Below, piece after piece: positions 9,311-18,883 of a stretch of DNA of 64,000 nt. Every line of letters starts with the position of its first letter. Within the stretch, counting starts at the first letter, position 1. Below the pieces are notes generated by a model. That model was not told where the DNA came from, made no database searches, and saw nothing but the letters and a program-made list of their open reading frames with translations. Source of the DNA: an uncultured SAR86 cluster bacterium (lineage in GTDB: Bacteria > Pseudomonadota > Gammaproteobacteria > Magnimaribacterales > AG-339-G14). The DNA lies in contig CABZJI010000001.1 in assembly GCA_902526045.1 (NCBI GenBank), positions 90,482-154,481 of the forward strand, written 5' to 3'. The position numbers and the translations under genes were made by a program.

Positions 9311-10315
9311 CTAATTTATTAGAAAATCTTCTTTCACGGCTTCACAACTTTTTTTCCAAAGCATTTCCCTAGTTTCAGGGTTATCATATTTCGCCTCCAA
9401 TTTAAAAGTAGTGGCTGGTCCTTTCATGCCTTTAGGACCAATAAAGGTCCCTGATTCAATTGAAGGATCTGCTATTCCTCTCAAAATCCCCAAAGTTCCA
9501 TCTTCTTGGGATTGACCGAATTTCATAAATTGTGAAGTGAACCACCTGCCAAGCCCTCCCTCTTTAACTGTAGTATCTTGAAGATCAGTTTCAGCAAGCC
9601 CGGGGTGTGCAACAATGGCTTTAATCTTTGAACCAGTGTTTTTCAATTTTTCATGCATAGCCGCAGTATAGGCTGCGTTTGCCAATTTAGTTTGGCCGTA
9701 ACGTATCCATCTGCCGCCACCAAAAAACATACTTTTACCGTTTCCACCGAGGGAGCCACCCTTTTGCTCTAAAAATTGCGGTTCAAGTTTTTTCACAGAA
9801 TTTCTTGCTCCACTAGAGTGGTTGACTACTCTTGCTTCACCTTTTTGGTCTGCAGCTTTTTCAAGCAACGGCCATAAAAGTTTTGTGAGTAGAAAATGGG
9901 AAAGGTGATTGGTTTGCATTTGAATATCGTATCCATCTCCAGTTGGCATGTCTTCAAGTGCCATAACGCCGGCATTATTGCAGAGCACATCAATGCCCTC
10001 TGAACAAAGTTCATTAATTTTGGGGATGCAATCCCGTACAGCAGCAAAACTTTGTAGGTCACAATCTATCGGATAAAAAGATCCGTTTGAAGTGGTCTCT
10101 TTTAATTTTTCAAAGGAGGTTTTGGCTCTTTCTGAGGGTCTATTTAAGAGAATTACTTTAGCGCCTAACTTGCCGCACGCTTCAGCAGCAGTATAACCAG
10201 TGCCTGTGGTTGTCCCTGTAATTACGACTGTCTTGTTCTCCAAAGATGGAAGACTTTCAAAAAGCTCATCAAAATATTTCGATTCAAGGTTAGGTTTTTT
10301 GTATCCTTTTTTCAT
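9311..10315 (-). CDS. short-chain dehydrogenase/reductase (retinol-dehydrogenase-like)
   Basis: 334 aa with TGTTTGTG Rossmann motif, NNAG, and a Y-x3-K region (YGQTKLAN). Confidence 0.8.
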   Translation of the reverse strand: MKKGYKKPNLESKYFDELFESLPSLENKTVVITGTTTGTGYTAAEACGKLGAKVILLNRPSERAKTSFEKLKETTSNGSFYPIDCDLQSFAAVRDCIPKINELCSEGIDVLCNNAGVMALEDMPTGDGYDIQMQTNHLSHFLLTKLLWPLLEKAADQKGEARVVNHSSGARNSVKKLEPQFLEQKGGSLGGNGKSMFFGGGRWIRYGQTKLANAAYTAAMHEKLKNTGSKIKAIVAHPGLAETDLQDTTVKEGGLGRWFTSQFMKFGQSQEDGTLGILRGIADPSIESGTFIGPKGMKGPATTFKLEAKYDNPETREMLWKKSCEAVKEDFLIN

Positions 10316-10317
10316 GG

Positions 10318-11301
10318 TTAATTAAATAAATTTTCCAACATTAAAATTTGCTCTGCATCCAGTCTACCTTTTTTTTCTGCTTCCAAACATTCAATCAATT
10401 CTTCTCTATTTTTGATGCCCAATATGACCGATCCAACGTTATCAACGCTTAGCGCATATCGATGCGCAATAGAAGCAGGTGACTCTCCCCAGTCCATAGC
10501 TAAATCACGGAAAGGTTGAGCTTTTTCATAATCGGCAAAATCGGGATGATCAAAGCCGCTTGGATGAGGTTCTCTATCCATCTTTGAAGTGAGAGCGCCC
10601 GCCTGAACTGCCCGAATGGCAAGAATGGGAATCTCTTTTTTCTGACACTCTTCTAAAACTAGTTTTGGATTTGGCTTTGTGCTGGCGTAGCCAATAGCTC
10701 CCAATGAATTAAGTATGTTGACTCCACACTGAATGGCATCTGGAGGGGTCTTGGAATTGATGACATCGCAGATAGCTTCTTCTTGACCAGGCCCAATGCC
10801 CCAATTCAAAATCTTGCCTTCTTTCTTTAGCTGCTCCATAGCTGGGACAACAGCATCGTAGAAACTTCTTAAAGTCGTAAGATTAGCTTTATTTACAAAA
10901 GACGAATCTGGTTTTTGCGACTCATGCTCATTTTCTATGAGCTGAGAATGAAGAAGAAAGAGATCAACGTAATCTGTTCCCATGGTATCTAGACTTCTTA
11001 TTAAAGAGTTATTGAATCGCTCGTATACCTCCTCATTTGGTAAGCTTCCTAGCGCACATTTGGTTGTTAATTTGAAAGAATCTCTGGTTTTTTCTTTGAT
11101 GGCTTCACCCACAACTCGTTCTGCCTCGCCTTTCCCGTACATGGGGGCGACGTCTAAATGATCTATACCTGAATCGAGCGCAAGATGAACTGATGCGATG
11201 CATTCTTCTCGGGAAGTTTCACCCCAAACGTTACCAATTCCGCCGCCGCCAAGCGTTAGTGCACTCACTGAGCCGAACGGTTTGAACTTTCTTGATTCCA
11301 T
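10318..11301 (-). CDS. aldo/keto reductase
   Basis: 327 aa. GIDHLDVAPMYGKGEAE and DLFLLH are typical AKR motifs. Confidence 0.85.
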   Translation of the reverse strand: MESRKFKPFGSVSALTLGGGGIGNVWGETSREECIASVHLALDSGIDHLDVAPMYGKGEAERVVGEAIKEKTRDSFKLTTKCALGSLPNEEVYERFNNSLIRSLDTMGTDYVDLFLLHSQLIENEHESQKPDSSFVNKANLTTLRSFYDAVVPAMEQLKKEGKILNWGIGPGQEEAICDVINSKTPPDAIQCGVNILNSLGAIGYASTKPNPKLVLEECQKKEIPILAIRAVQAGALTSKMDREPHPSGFDHPDFADYEKAQPFRDLAMDWGESPASIAHRYALSVDNVGSVILGIKNREELIECLEAEKKGRLDAEQILMLENLFN

Positions 11302-11302
11302 T

Positions 11303-12469
11303 TTATGAAATATTTTTAGTGGTTATCGAAAGATCTATAGGAACACCGTCATTTATTTCTTTCGAAAGGTAATTAAAAAAATGTTTTGGCTCAATAATAC
11401 CTGACTCTGGAGCATGAACTCCTGCGTCCGTGATTAATCCATCGAGAATCATTTTTACTCCACAAGCTAACGGATATGCAGTTGCCTCTCCCATGGATAA
11501 ATCATCAATATCGGCATCTGTATTAAATGTGACCGCAGCAGACATTTTTTTTCCATCCTTGATGCCCTCAGCGTAACCATAAACGGAGGGCAACATTTCT
11601 TTGCCCGCTTTTTCAGAATCAGGTGATTGCAATGCTTCTAGCCAAGTTAGAATTCTCGCAGCCATGTTTTTAGATAAAAGTTTCATCTCAATTAAAAAGC
11701 GAATAAATTTGAGCATACTAATTAAGGAGGCATCATTGCTGTGCATTAAATTAATTGATTCTTCTATATCTGGGTAATGATGAGGAAAACTTATAGCCTC
11801 TGGATGACCAAAAATATTGGCCTCATAATTCCCAAGCTGAGGATAATCAACCGTAACCGTTTCAAGTGGACGGACCATTTTGTAGACTCCTGAACTAAAA
11901 ACTTTTACCTTGCCTATTATCTGTTCAATTCCATGAATCATTGCTGCGTTTACTCCAATCTGAGAGGATTCTTCAGCTGGCTGTGCAGATGACATATCCC
12001 ATCCGGTATAGACCTTGATCACACTATCAAGCTCATTCATGGCAACTAATCCAAGAATATTTGTTATGCCGGGACTTGCACCAAGACCTAATATAACTGT
12101 TACGCCGGCAGCAATGGCTTCATCATCAAGGCCAAACATTTTTTCTGTCGGTTCCCAGTCGTCGCATATATCTAAGTAATGAGTTTTCGTGCTGATAGCC
12201 GCTTTTAAAATAGGTTCTGCTAGTTTAAAAAATGGACCCGTAGTGTTGATGACAACATCCATATCTTGCATTTCCCTTTCGAGAGCCTCCTTATCAGTAA
12301 CGTCAATACCAATTCCAGATACTTTGTCCGAAAATTCAGAGGCAAATTCACTTGCTGCTGATTCATTTAAGTCAGCGACTACGATATTTTTTATAGCGTG
12401 ATGTTTTATAAGTGATCGAACAGCATATCGACCCATGCCGCCACTGCCGCCTAACGCTAGAATTTTCAT
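11303..12469 (-). CDS. saccharopine dehydrogenase family NAD(P)-binding protein
   Basis: 388 aa. N-terminal MKILALGGSGGMGR Rossmann motif and overall saccharopine-dehydrogenase-like length and layout. Confidence 0.7.
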   Translation of the reverse strand: MKILALGGSGGMGRYAVRSLIKHHAIKNIVVADLNESAASEFASEFSDKVSGIGIDVTDKEALEREMQDMDVVINTTGPFFKLAEPILKAAISTKTHYLDICDDWEPTEKMFGLDDEAIAAGVTVILGLGASPGITNILGLVAMNELDSVIKVYTGWDMSSAQPAEESSQIGVNAAMIHGIEQIIGKVKVFSSGVYKMVRPLETVTVDYPQLGNYEANIFGHPEAISFPHHYPDIEESINLMHSNDASLISMLKFIRFLIEMKLLSKNMAARILTWLEALQSPDSEKAGKEMLPSVYGYAEGIKDGKKMSAAVTFNTDADIDDLSMGEATAYPLACGVKMILDGLITDAGVHAPESGIIEPKHFFNYLSKEINDGVPIDLSITTKNIS

Positions 12470-12482
12470 TAGTTTAATAAGA

Positions 12483-13307
12483 TCAGTCGTAAAAGCAGAT
12501 AGCTCTTACTTCAATACTTTCTCTAGGAGTAGCACCTTCTCTAGCATGAACAGCATCATCAAATGCACTATGGAGGGTTGGCATAAAAGGCTTTTCATTA
12601 GAATCGTAGGTTTTAAACATGACCACTTCTTCACGGTTCATTTTTGGATAAAAATACCACTGGTGATCATCGCTGTTCATGGATTGATAAATTTCCACGG
12701 TAAAACCATTTTCATCGGCTAAAGTTTCGGTATTCTCTTCTTGTTTTCCATAGTTGAACAAATCGGTTGGAATAAGTTCCTTCTCAGAAACAGTCCTGGA
12801 ATCGCACAACGCAAACGGTGCATCAACTCCATCCTTATCAAAACGCCTCCATAAATTAAAAACACTAATTCGAGAAGGATTCGAATTGTTCTCATCCAAT
12901 AAAGGCTGAAGGGTCTGTTTAAAATTTGGGGTAAAGTCATTGTGCACGAGTCTATGAGCACCTAGTCTTTTGCCTTCAGCAGCTTCGGCCTCATTTCTAG
13001 TAATATGAGAAACAATGAAGACTTCACTAGCCCCAGTCTGCTTTTTCACAAGCTCGGCCATTTCTGTGTAATAAACTTCTGTGACTTCCTTATCGCAGTA
13101 AAAATCACTTACAGCCGACTTATGGTTTAACAAAATAAAGCCAGACTCACTCAATGAATGTTCTTCTTCTCTTGCATTGAATACTTCTTTAATGAAACCT
13201 TTATGATCCGGCCTATCAGGATTTGGCTCGCTCAGCCCAAAAGCTGGTTTCGTCTCACCATCTTTTAAAGGTTTTCGGTAAAAAAATTCTGCCTTGACTG
13301 CTTCCAT
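12483..13307 (-). CDS. CmcJ/NvfI (AsaB)-like hydroxylase-family protein
   Basis: 274 aa. GAHRLVHNDFTP and VFNLWRRF..APFALCD resemble the conserved core of the CmcJ/NvfI family (from memory). Confidence 0.5.
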   Translation of the reverse strand: MEAVKAEFFYRKPLKDGETKPAFGLSEPNPDRPDHKGFIKEVFNAREEEHSLSESGFILLNHKSAVSDFYCDKEVTEVYYTEMAELVKKQTGASEVFIVSHITRNEAEAAEGKRLGAHRLVHNDFTPNFKQTLQPLLDENNSNPSRISVFNLWRRFDKDGVDAPFALCDSRTVSEKELIPTDLFNYGKQEENTETLADENGFTVEIYQSMNSDDHQWYFYPKMNREEVVMFKTYDSNEKPFMPTLHSAFDDAVHAREGATPRESIEVRAICFYD

Positions 13308-13374
13308 ATGATTAATTCTAGATAAATTTTCATTGTAGTAAACTATTTTAAAGACAAAATTACGTAAAAATTAA

Positions 13375-13806
13375 ATGGAAATTTTATACCCTATGTTTGG
13401 CATGATTGCGGTAACCGCTGTGATGGTGCTTCTTTTATATGCTTCTAGAATTCAAGCTCTTTCTCAAAGAGCAAAAAATCCAAACAAGATACCTAATGAA
13501 GTTGCCAGACACTCCGATGAAATCAGAAAATATATGTCGCCTAGAAACAGAGTCATCACCGAAAACTACAATCATCTCTTTGAGCAACCTACACTTTTTT
13601 ATGCAGTTATCGTTTATATATTTTTGATGGGAAACACTGATACAACTCATATTATATTAGCTTGGGGGTACGTAATATTCAGAGCCGTTCATTCTGTTTA
13701 TCAGCTGACTCTTAATCAGGTTCCCTTGCGAGCCACTATTTTTGGAATTGCTGGTGCCTTTTTACTCATAATGATTTTTAGAGAAGCTATTTCTTTGTTA
13801 ACCTAA
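13375..13806 (+). CDS. MAPEG-family membrane protein (membrane glutathione-transferase-like)
   Basis: 143 aa. Four-helix membrane topology and size are typical of MAPEG; the assignment rests on pattern only. Confidence 0.45.
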   Translation: MEILYPMFGMIAVTAVMVLLLYASRIQALSQRAKNPNKIPNEVARHSDEIRKYMSPRNRVITENYNHLFEQPTLFYAVIVYIFLMGNTDTTHIILAWGYVIFRAVHSVYQLTLNQVPLRATIFGIAGAFLLIMIFREAISLLT

Positions 13807-13847
13807 TTTTTTAAGTTACATTTAAATACAAAGATATAGGGGGAAAT

Positions 13848-15074
13848 ATGTCTGGACCACTAGACGGATATCGAGTTATTGAACTAACTTCAACAGTTTC
13901 CGGCCCTTTTGCTGGCATGATGATGGCAGATCAAGGTGCTGATGTCATAAAAGTGGAACCGCCACTAATTGGTGATCTAGCCAGAGTGATGGGTAGCTCA
14001 CGGGACGGCATGGCTGCAATGTTCTCGGTTATCAACAGAAATAAACGTTGCATTGTTTTAGATTTCAAAGAACCAAAGGATTTTGTTGTTTTAAAAAAAC
14101 TTTTAGATACCGCCGATGTATTAATAGAAAACTACCGTCCGGGAGTGGTAAAAAAACTGGGTATAGACTACTACACTCTTAAAAAGACAAATCCGAATAT
14201 TATCTACACCTCAATTTCCGGTTACGGACAATCCGGTCCTTATATTAATAGACGGGTTTACGATCCTTTAATTCAAGCTACCGCTGGCTCAGCTGCTGCT
14301 CAAAACTTTGAGAAACCAGAATTTTTCAAGACCATTGTTTTTGATAAAGTTACTGGCCTAACAGCAGCACAAGCCATAACCGCAGCATTATTACAAAGAG
14401 AAAGGACTGGTAAGGGCCAATATTTACCAATATCAATGTTGGATTCTGCGTTGTATTACATCTGGCCAGATGTCATGTGGTCGAAAACTCTTCTCGGTGA
14501 TGGCGTGAAGTATCTACCTGATTTATTTGATGCTTTCCCGATCTTTAAGACGAAAACAAAATATTTGAGTGTCATTCTTTTACAAGACGCAGACTTTCAA
14601 AAATTCTGTGAACTTTGTAATTCTGATTTGCACACAAATGTAAAATATTTGACCACTGATGCAAGAGTAGAGAACTTAGAGTCTTTACTTGAAGACGTGC
14701 AAGATCTACTCACCGACATCGATGCAGAATTTCTTTGCGATGAACTAGATAAAGCTGGAGTGCCGGTGGCGATAGTAAACTCCCTTGATGAAATTCATGA
14801 AGATCCTCAAGTCATTCAACAAGAATCGTTAGTTGAGGTTGAGCATCCAGTTGCTGGCAAAATGCGTATGCCGAAACCTCCTTTTAATTTTATCGATCAA
14901 AATGAATTCCCTAAGTCACATGCTCCTAGTCTAGGAATGCACAACAGAGAAGTACTCGAGGATTTAGGAGTTGATGAAGCCGATATCTTTAGAATGGAAG
15001 AAAGAGAAAAAACTAACAAAGAATTAATCGATGCCATGACACTAGCTGACGCAGGCAATCAGTCTAGAAAATAA
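13848..15074 (+). CDS. CoA transferase, family III (CaiB/BaiF)
   Basis: 408 aa. N-terminal PLDGYRVIELTSTVSGPFAGMMMADQGADVIKVEPP and ENYRPGV are hallmark motifs. Confidence 0.85.
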   Translation: MSGPLDGYRVIELTSTVSGPFAGMMMADQGADVIKVEPPLIGDLARVMGSSRDGMAAMFSVINRNKRCIVLDFKEPKDFVVLKKLLDTADVLIENYRPGVVKKLGIDYYTLKKTNPNIIYTSISGYGQSGPYINRRVYDPLIQATAGSAAAQNFEKPEFFKTIVFDKVTGLTAAQAITAALLQRERTGKGQYLPISMLDSALYYIWPDVMWSKTLLGDGVKYLPDLFDAFPIFKTKTKYLSVILLQDADFQKFCELCNSDLHTNVKYLTTDARVENLESLLEDVQDLLTDIDAEFLCDELDKAGVPVAIVNSLDEIHEDPQVIQQESLVEVEHPVAGKMRMPKPPFNFIDQNEFPKSHAPSLGMHNREVLEDLGVDEADIFRMEEREKTNKELIDAMTLADAGNQSRK

Positions 15075-15077
15075 AAA

Positions 15078-15860
15078 TTAATTAAGATTAATTGTTCCTT
15101 CCAAATAACGTTTTGATAATCCTCCAAGGATAATTCTCTCATTGGAAATTTCACACTGCAGGTAGCCACCTCGTGGTGAAGCTTGATAAGCGTTTAACTT
15201 TTTTTTATCTAACTTCTTACTCCAATATGCAGCGAGCATACAATGAGCAGATCCGGTCACTTGATCTTCATTGACTCCGGTTTGAGGATAAAAACAACGC
15301 GAGATAAAATCAAATTCAGAGCTTTCAGCAGAGACTACCAGACCTCTCGAGTTTAGTTCCGCCATTGTGGAGAAATCAGGTTGTAAATTTTTTATATCTT
15401 TTTCGGAAGCCAAAATAGCAAGGTAATCGCTTCGACCTTTTAAGATTTCGACTGGCTCGCACTTCAAACTTTCGCTGATGAGAGGTTCTGACTCGATAAC
15501 CGTTGGGTGATCGATAGGAAAATCAAGATTGATCATGTCGTCTTTTTGTAGAGCAATTAACTCGCCGCTTTTGGACTGAAAACTAATCTTAGTGTCGTTT
15601 TGAAAATAGTCATCGAATAAGATTCTGGCGGTTGCCAAAGTTGCATGTCCGCATAACTCTACTTCAAGCGTAGGAGTGAACCATCTAATTTGCAGTGGAT
15701 CATCTTTAAGATTTACAAACGCTGTCTCGGATAAATTATTTTCAAAAGCTATCGCTTGAAGTACGTCATTGCCCGGCCATTCTTCTAGAATGCAAACTGC
15801 AGCTGGGTTGCCTTTAAAAAGTTCCTTGGTGAACGCGTCGACGTAAAAAATACGAATCAC
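15078..15860 (-). CDS. PhzF-family isomerase
   Basis: 260 aa. FYVDAFT..FKGNPAAV, SETAF and ELCGHATLA are typical of PhzF. Confidence 0.8.
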   Translation of the reverse strand: MIRIFYVDAFTKELFKGNPAAVCILEEWPGNDVLQAIAFENNLSETAFVNLKDDPLQIRWFTPTLEVELCGHATLATARILFDDYFQNDTKISFQSKSGELIALQKDDMINLDFPIDHPTVIESEPLISESLKCEPVEILKGRSDYLAILASEKDIKNLQPDFSTMAELNSRGLVVSAESSEFDFISRCFYPQTGVNEDQVTGSAHCMLAAYWSKKLDKKKLNAYQASPRGGYLQCEISNERIILGGLSKRYLEGTINLN

Positions 15861-16618
15861 ATTTCTGCAATTTTTTTATTTACTATTTCAATGCCCTTCA
15901 TGTTCGCACCCATGATCCTTTCCATTTCAGGTGCGCCCTGACTGATATCGCCAAGTTCTTTTAAAACCAAGTGGGAATCATCGTGGCCATCAAGTTTGGT
16001 CATATCATCCAACCATCTGGAGACGTTTGAAAATTCTGAATAATCAAAAGTATTGGTAAATTCCTTTTTTAATTGACCGAGCTCAACGTAGGCAGCCATG
16101 TCAGCCACAGTTGGGGAATCGCCGGTAAGGTATTGGTTATTAGCAAGCCATTGAGTTTCCATCGCCTTTAGACCGTTGGTAAAAACTCGGCGCGACATTT
16201 CTATTACCGGTTCAGCCAATCCTAAATCAGGCCTAACTTTAGGGGCAAAAAAAGCGAGCGTAGCTTCTTTAAAACTGCGGTGATGATAATGCAAAATGGA
16301 ATCAACTTTTGATCTGCGCTCAGGATCATCGGGATACAAATCTGTCCATCCGTGCTTGGTGCAAAGATATGTCATGATCGCAAGAGACTCACCCAAGAGA
16401 AATCCAGAATCTGTCTCTTCAAGACCGGGAATAGTCGCGTTTGGGAATTTCTTCATGTATTCAGGATCGCGAGTACCGTTAGCTTTAGGAGAACCAGGAA
16501 CGGTGACGACCAATTCAAACGGTAGCTTTTTATTAAGAAGTAACCAAATAACGGTTCTGACTGCCTGCGACATTGGAACTCCATAGATTTTAAGTGGTGC
16601 GCTCATAATTTTCTCCAA
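15857..16618 (-). CDS. glutathione S-transferase family protein
   Basis: 253 aa. The thioredoxin-like N-domain has the IPGLEE..LGESLAI pattern, followed by a helical C-domain. 4-nt overlap with the PhzF gene. Confidence 0.7.
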   Translation of the reverse strand: MEKIMSAPLKIYGVPMSQAVRTVIWLLLNKKLPFELVVTVPGSPKANGTRDPEYMKKFPNATIPGLEETDSGFLLGESLAIMTYLCTKHGWTDLYPDDPERRSKVDSILHYHHRSFKEATLAFFAPKVRPDLGLAEPVIEMSRRVFTNGLKAMETQWLANNQYLTGDSPTVADMAAYVELGQLKKEFTNTFDYSEFSNVSRWLDDMTKLDGHDDSHLVLKELGDISQGAPEMERIMGANMKGIEIVNKKIAEM

Positions 16619-16623
16619 ATTTT

Positions 16624-17310
16624 TTAATTAACAAGACTCGAATTTTTTTTTGATTCAAAAGCATACGTGATGAAATACATACAAACTATATTAATAAAGA
16701 CGATGATTTTTTGCAGCGTTGCATGTCTTACCATTTCTGATTCACTCTCCATTGGACTACCGCTGAATATCTCATAAATAACGTAAGCAGTAATAGCCAA
16801 CATTAAAAATAAAATGACGTAGGCATAGGTCTTATCAATTCCTTTGTTTTTAAACATTAAAAGTAAATACAAAAGAGTAGCTGGAATCAACAATCGAAAA
16901 GAATTGAGGGCGAAAAATACATGTTCATCAAAATACAAATCATGGGGGGTTAGACCAACCAATGCAAAAAAGGCCATACCAGTAAAAATAAAGACTGAAC
17001 CCGTCAAGGCTATCCAATAATCAATGCCATCCTCTTTAAAAAGAGGCGGCACAGAGTTTAAAAAAGCAATTCCAGCAAAAAAACAAATACCCAATGAAAA
17101 GGCAAAAAACACGGAAGACAAGAAATTAAGTTCTCCGTTGTGTGCTGAATAAGCTCCTAAATCGCTTAAGAAATTATGCGAAAAAGAGTAGCCAACTTGC
17201 GATTCATCATGGATATTACCGCCGGGATAAAAATACATCGAACAAAATACAAAGACTAAGAAACCGACGACGGTTAGTCGTATTAAATTGAAGTTAAATA
17301 AATCCCTCAT
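16624..17310 (-). CDS. polytopic membrane protein, DUF998-like
   Basis: 228 aa with about 6 hydrophobic helices. The FLSDLG motif after TM1 is as in DUF998. Confidence 0.4.
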   Translation of the reverse strand: MRDLFNFNLIRLTVVGFLVFVFCSMYFYPGGNIHDESQVGYSFSHNFLSDLGAYSAHNGELNFLSSVFFAFSLGICFFAGIAFLNSVPPLFKEDGIDYWIALTGSVFIFTGMAFFALVGLTPHDLYFDEHVFFALNSFRLLIPATLLYLLLMFKNKGIDKTYAYVILFLMLAITAYVIYEIFSGSPMESESEMVRHATLQKIIVFINIVCMYFITYAFESKKNSSLVN

Positions 17311-17325
17311 CCTTGAGGAGTCTAA

Positions 17326-18120
17326 TTAGTTACTGTCGGCTACTGCACCGCCATCCGATGCAATAGTTTGGCCGACGATGTATTCTCCTGCTCTGGAGCA
17401 TAAAAAGATGGCGAGCCCAGAGATATCTTCAATACCACCGACTCTGCCGCTAGGATTTGCGTCGCCTACCTGACTCCAATCGACATCGGTATCGCCGCCA
17501 AAGCCCACTCCAGTACTTAACATCCAAGTTGGATAAGGGCCGGGCGCTATAGCATTAACAATTATTTTTTCTTTAATCAAAAAAGCAGCTAGCACACGAG
17601 ATAAATGATGCACGGCTGCTTTGGAAGGACCGTATGCAAAATTTTCAAAAGCGCCTTTCTTCAGTCCATCGATCGAACCAATGTTAATGACTCTGGAAGG
17701 ATCTGTTTTTCCAGCTTCTCTCAATAAAGGGAGAAGTTTTTGAGTTAAAAAGAAGATGCCTTTTACGTTGGTATCCATAACTTTGTCCCAACCCATTTCA
17801 GGATATGTATCTATCGGTTCTCCCCAAGCAACTCCGGCGTTGTTAATTAAAATATCAAGTTTGTCCTCTTTTGCTTTGATCGCATCAGCTAGGGCTTCTA
17901 TGCCTTCGACGTTGGAAACATCTGCTGGAATAGATATGCACTCACCACCGTATTCTTCGCTGAGTTTTTTTGCGGTTTCATCGCAAGCATCTGCTTTTCT
18001 GGAACTGATATAAACTTTCGCTCCAGAGGATAAAAAGCCTGCGGCAATCATGCTTCCGATACCTCTTGAGCCCCCCGTGACCAATGCCACTTTACCTTTA
18101 ATAGAAAATATATCTTTCAT
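17326..18120 (-). CDS. SDR family oxidoreductase (3-oxoacyl-ACP reductase / RhlG-like)
   Basis: 264 aa with TGGSRGIG, NNAG and YGPSKAA motifs. Confidence 0.85.
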   Translation of the reverse strand: MKDIFSIKGKVALVTGGSRGIGSMIAAGFLSSGAKVYISSRKADACDETAKKLSEEYGGECISIPADVSNVEGIEALADAIKAKEDKLDILINNAGVAWGEPIDTYPEMGWDKVMDTNVKGIFFLTQKLLPLLREAGKTDPSRVINIGSIDGLKKGAFENFAYGPSKAAVHHLSRVLAAFLIKEKIIVNAIAPGPYPTWMLSTGVGFGGDTDVDWSQVGDANPSGRVGGIEDISGLAIFLCSRAGEYIVGQTIASDGGAVADSN

Positions 18121-18154
18121 GTGTCTCTCCTTTAATTCTTAAATACAAATATAA

Positions 18155-18856
18155 CTAATAAATTGCTAATTTAGAAAACGGTTTCTCATTAATCTTGGTA
18201 TTCTTCTTGGTGACTTCATAAGCATTCTTTCTTTTATTAAAAACTACTGCCTTGTATGGTTTCTCATCAATTAAATGCAGTGCACAACCACCATCAATGG
18301 CAAAACATGCTTCAAAAGATTTTTTTTTCAGCATTTTATGCACAGTTGGTCTTCTTTGAGGTTCTTCATCGTAATGCGGACAGCAAACTCCAGAGACAAA
18401 ATCTAGACAGTCCATAATTTTTAAATCTTTTGCCCAAGAATCAGTGATCCCTCTTTCAAACCAGCAAATGGCTCCAGCACTCACTCCGCTCATCACAGTG
18501 CCTTTTTCATAAGCTTTTTTTAATATTTGATCCAAACCCCAGTCACGCCAGACTGCCAACATGCTTTTGGTATTCCCGCCGCCTACAAAGATTGCATCTT
18601 GCGAGGAAATTAACTTTTCTAAATCTGGAGTACGCTTGAAAAAATCCAAGTGAGTAGGCACACAATTTAAATTAGCAAAAGTTGCGTAGTAATTGAGTTT
18701 GTAAGCCTCTAGATCGCCTGTCGCAGTTGGAATAAAGCAAATCTTTGGTTTTCTCTTCTTTGTCTGATCCAAAATATACTGCTCAATTATGCCTTGACCG
18801 GGATTCCTTCCAAATCCCCCTCCGCCAATGGATATGATTTGTCTTGGTTTACTCAC
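18155..18856 (-). CDS. peptidase S51 (peptidase E / class-I amidotransferase-like)
   Basis: 233 aa. FVGGGNT..M and GVSAGA (nucleophile serine elbow) are typical of S51. Confidence 0.7.
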   Translation of the reverse strand: MSKPRQIISIGGGGFGRNPGQGIIEQYILDQTKKRKPKICFIPTATGDLEAYKLNYYATFANLNCVPTHLDFFKRTPDLEKLISSQDAIFVGGGNTKSMLAVWRDWGLDQILKKAYEKGTVMSGVSAGAICWFERGITDSWAKDLKIMDCLDFVSGVCCPHYDEEPQRRPTVHKMLKKKSFEACFAIDGGCALHLIDEKPYKAVVFNKRKNAYEVTKKNTKINEKPFSKLAIY

Positions 18857-18883
18857 TTAAATCATGGCTACAAATTAGCCATT

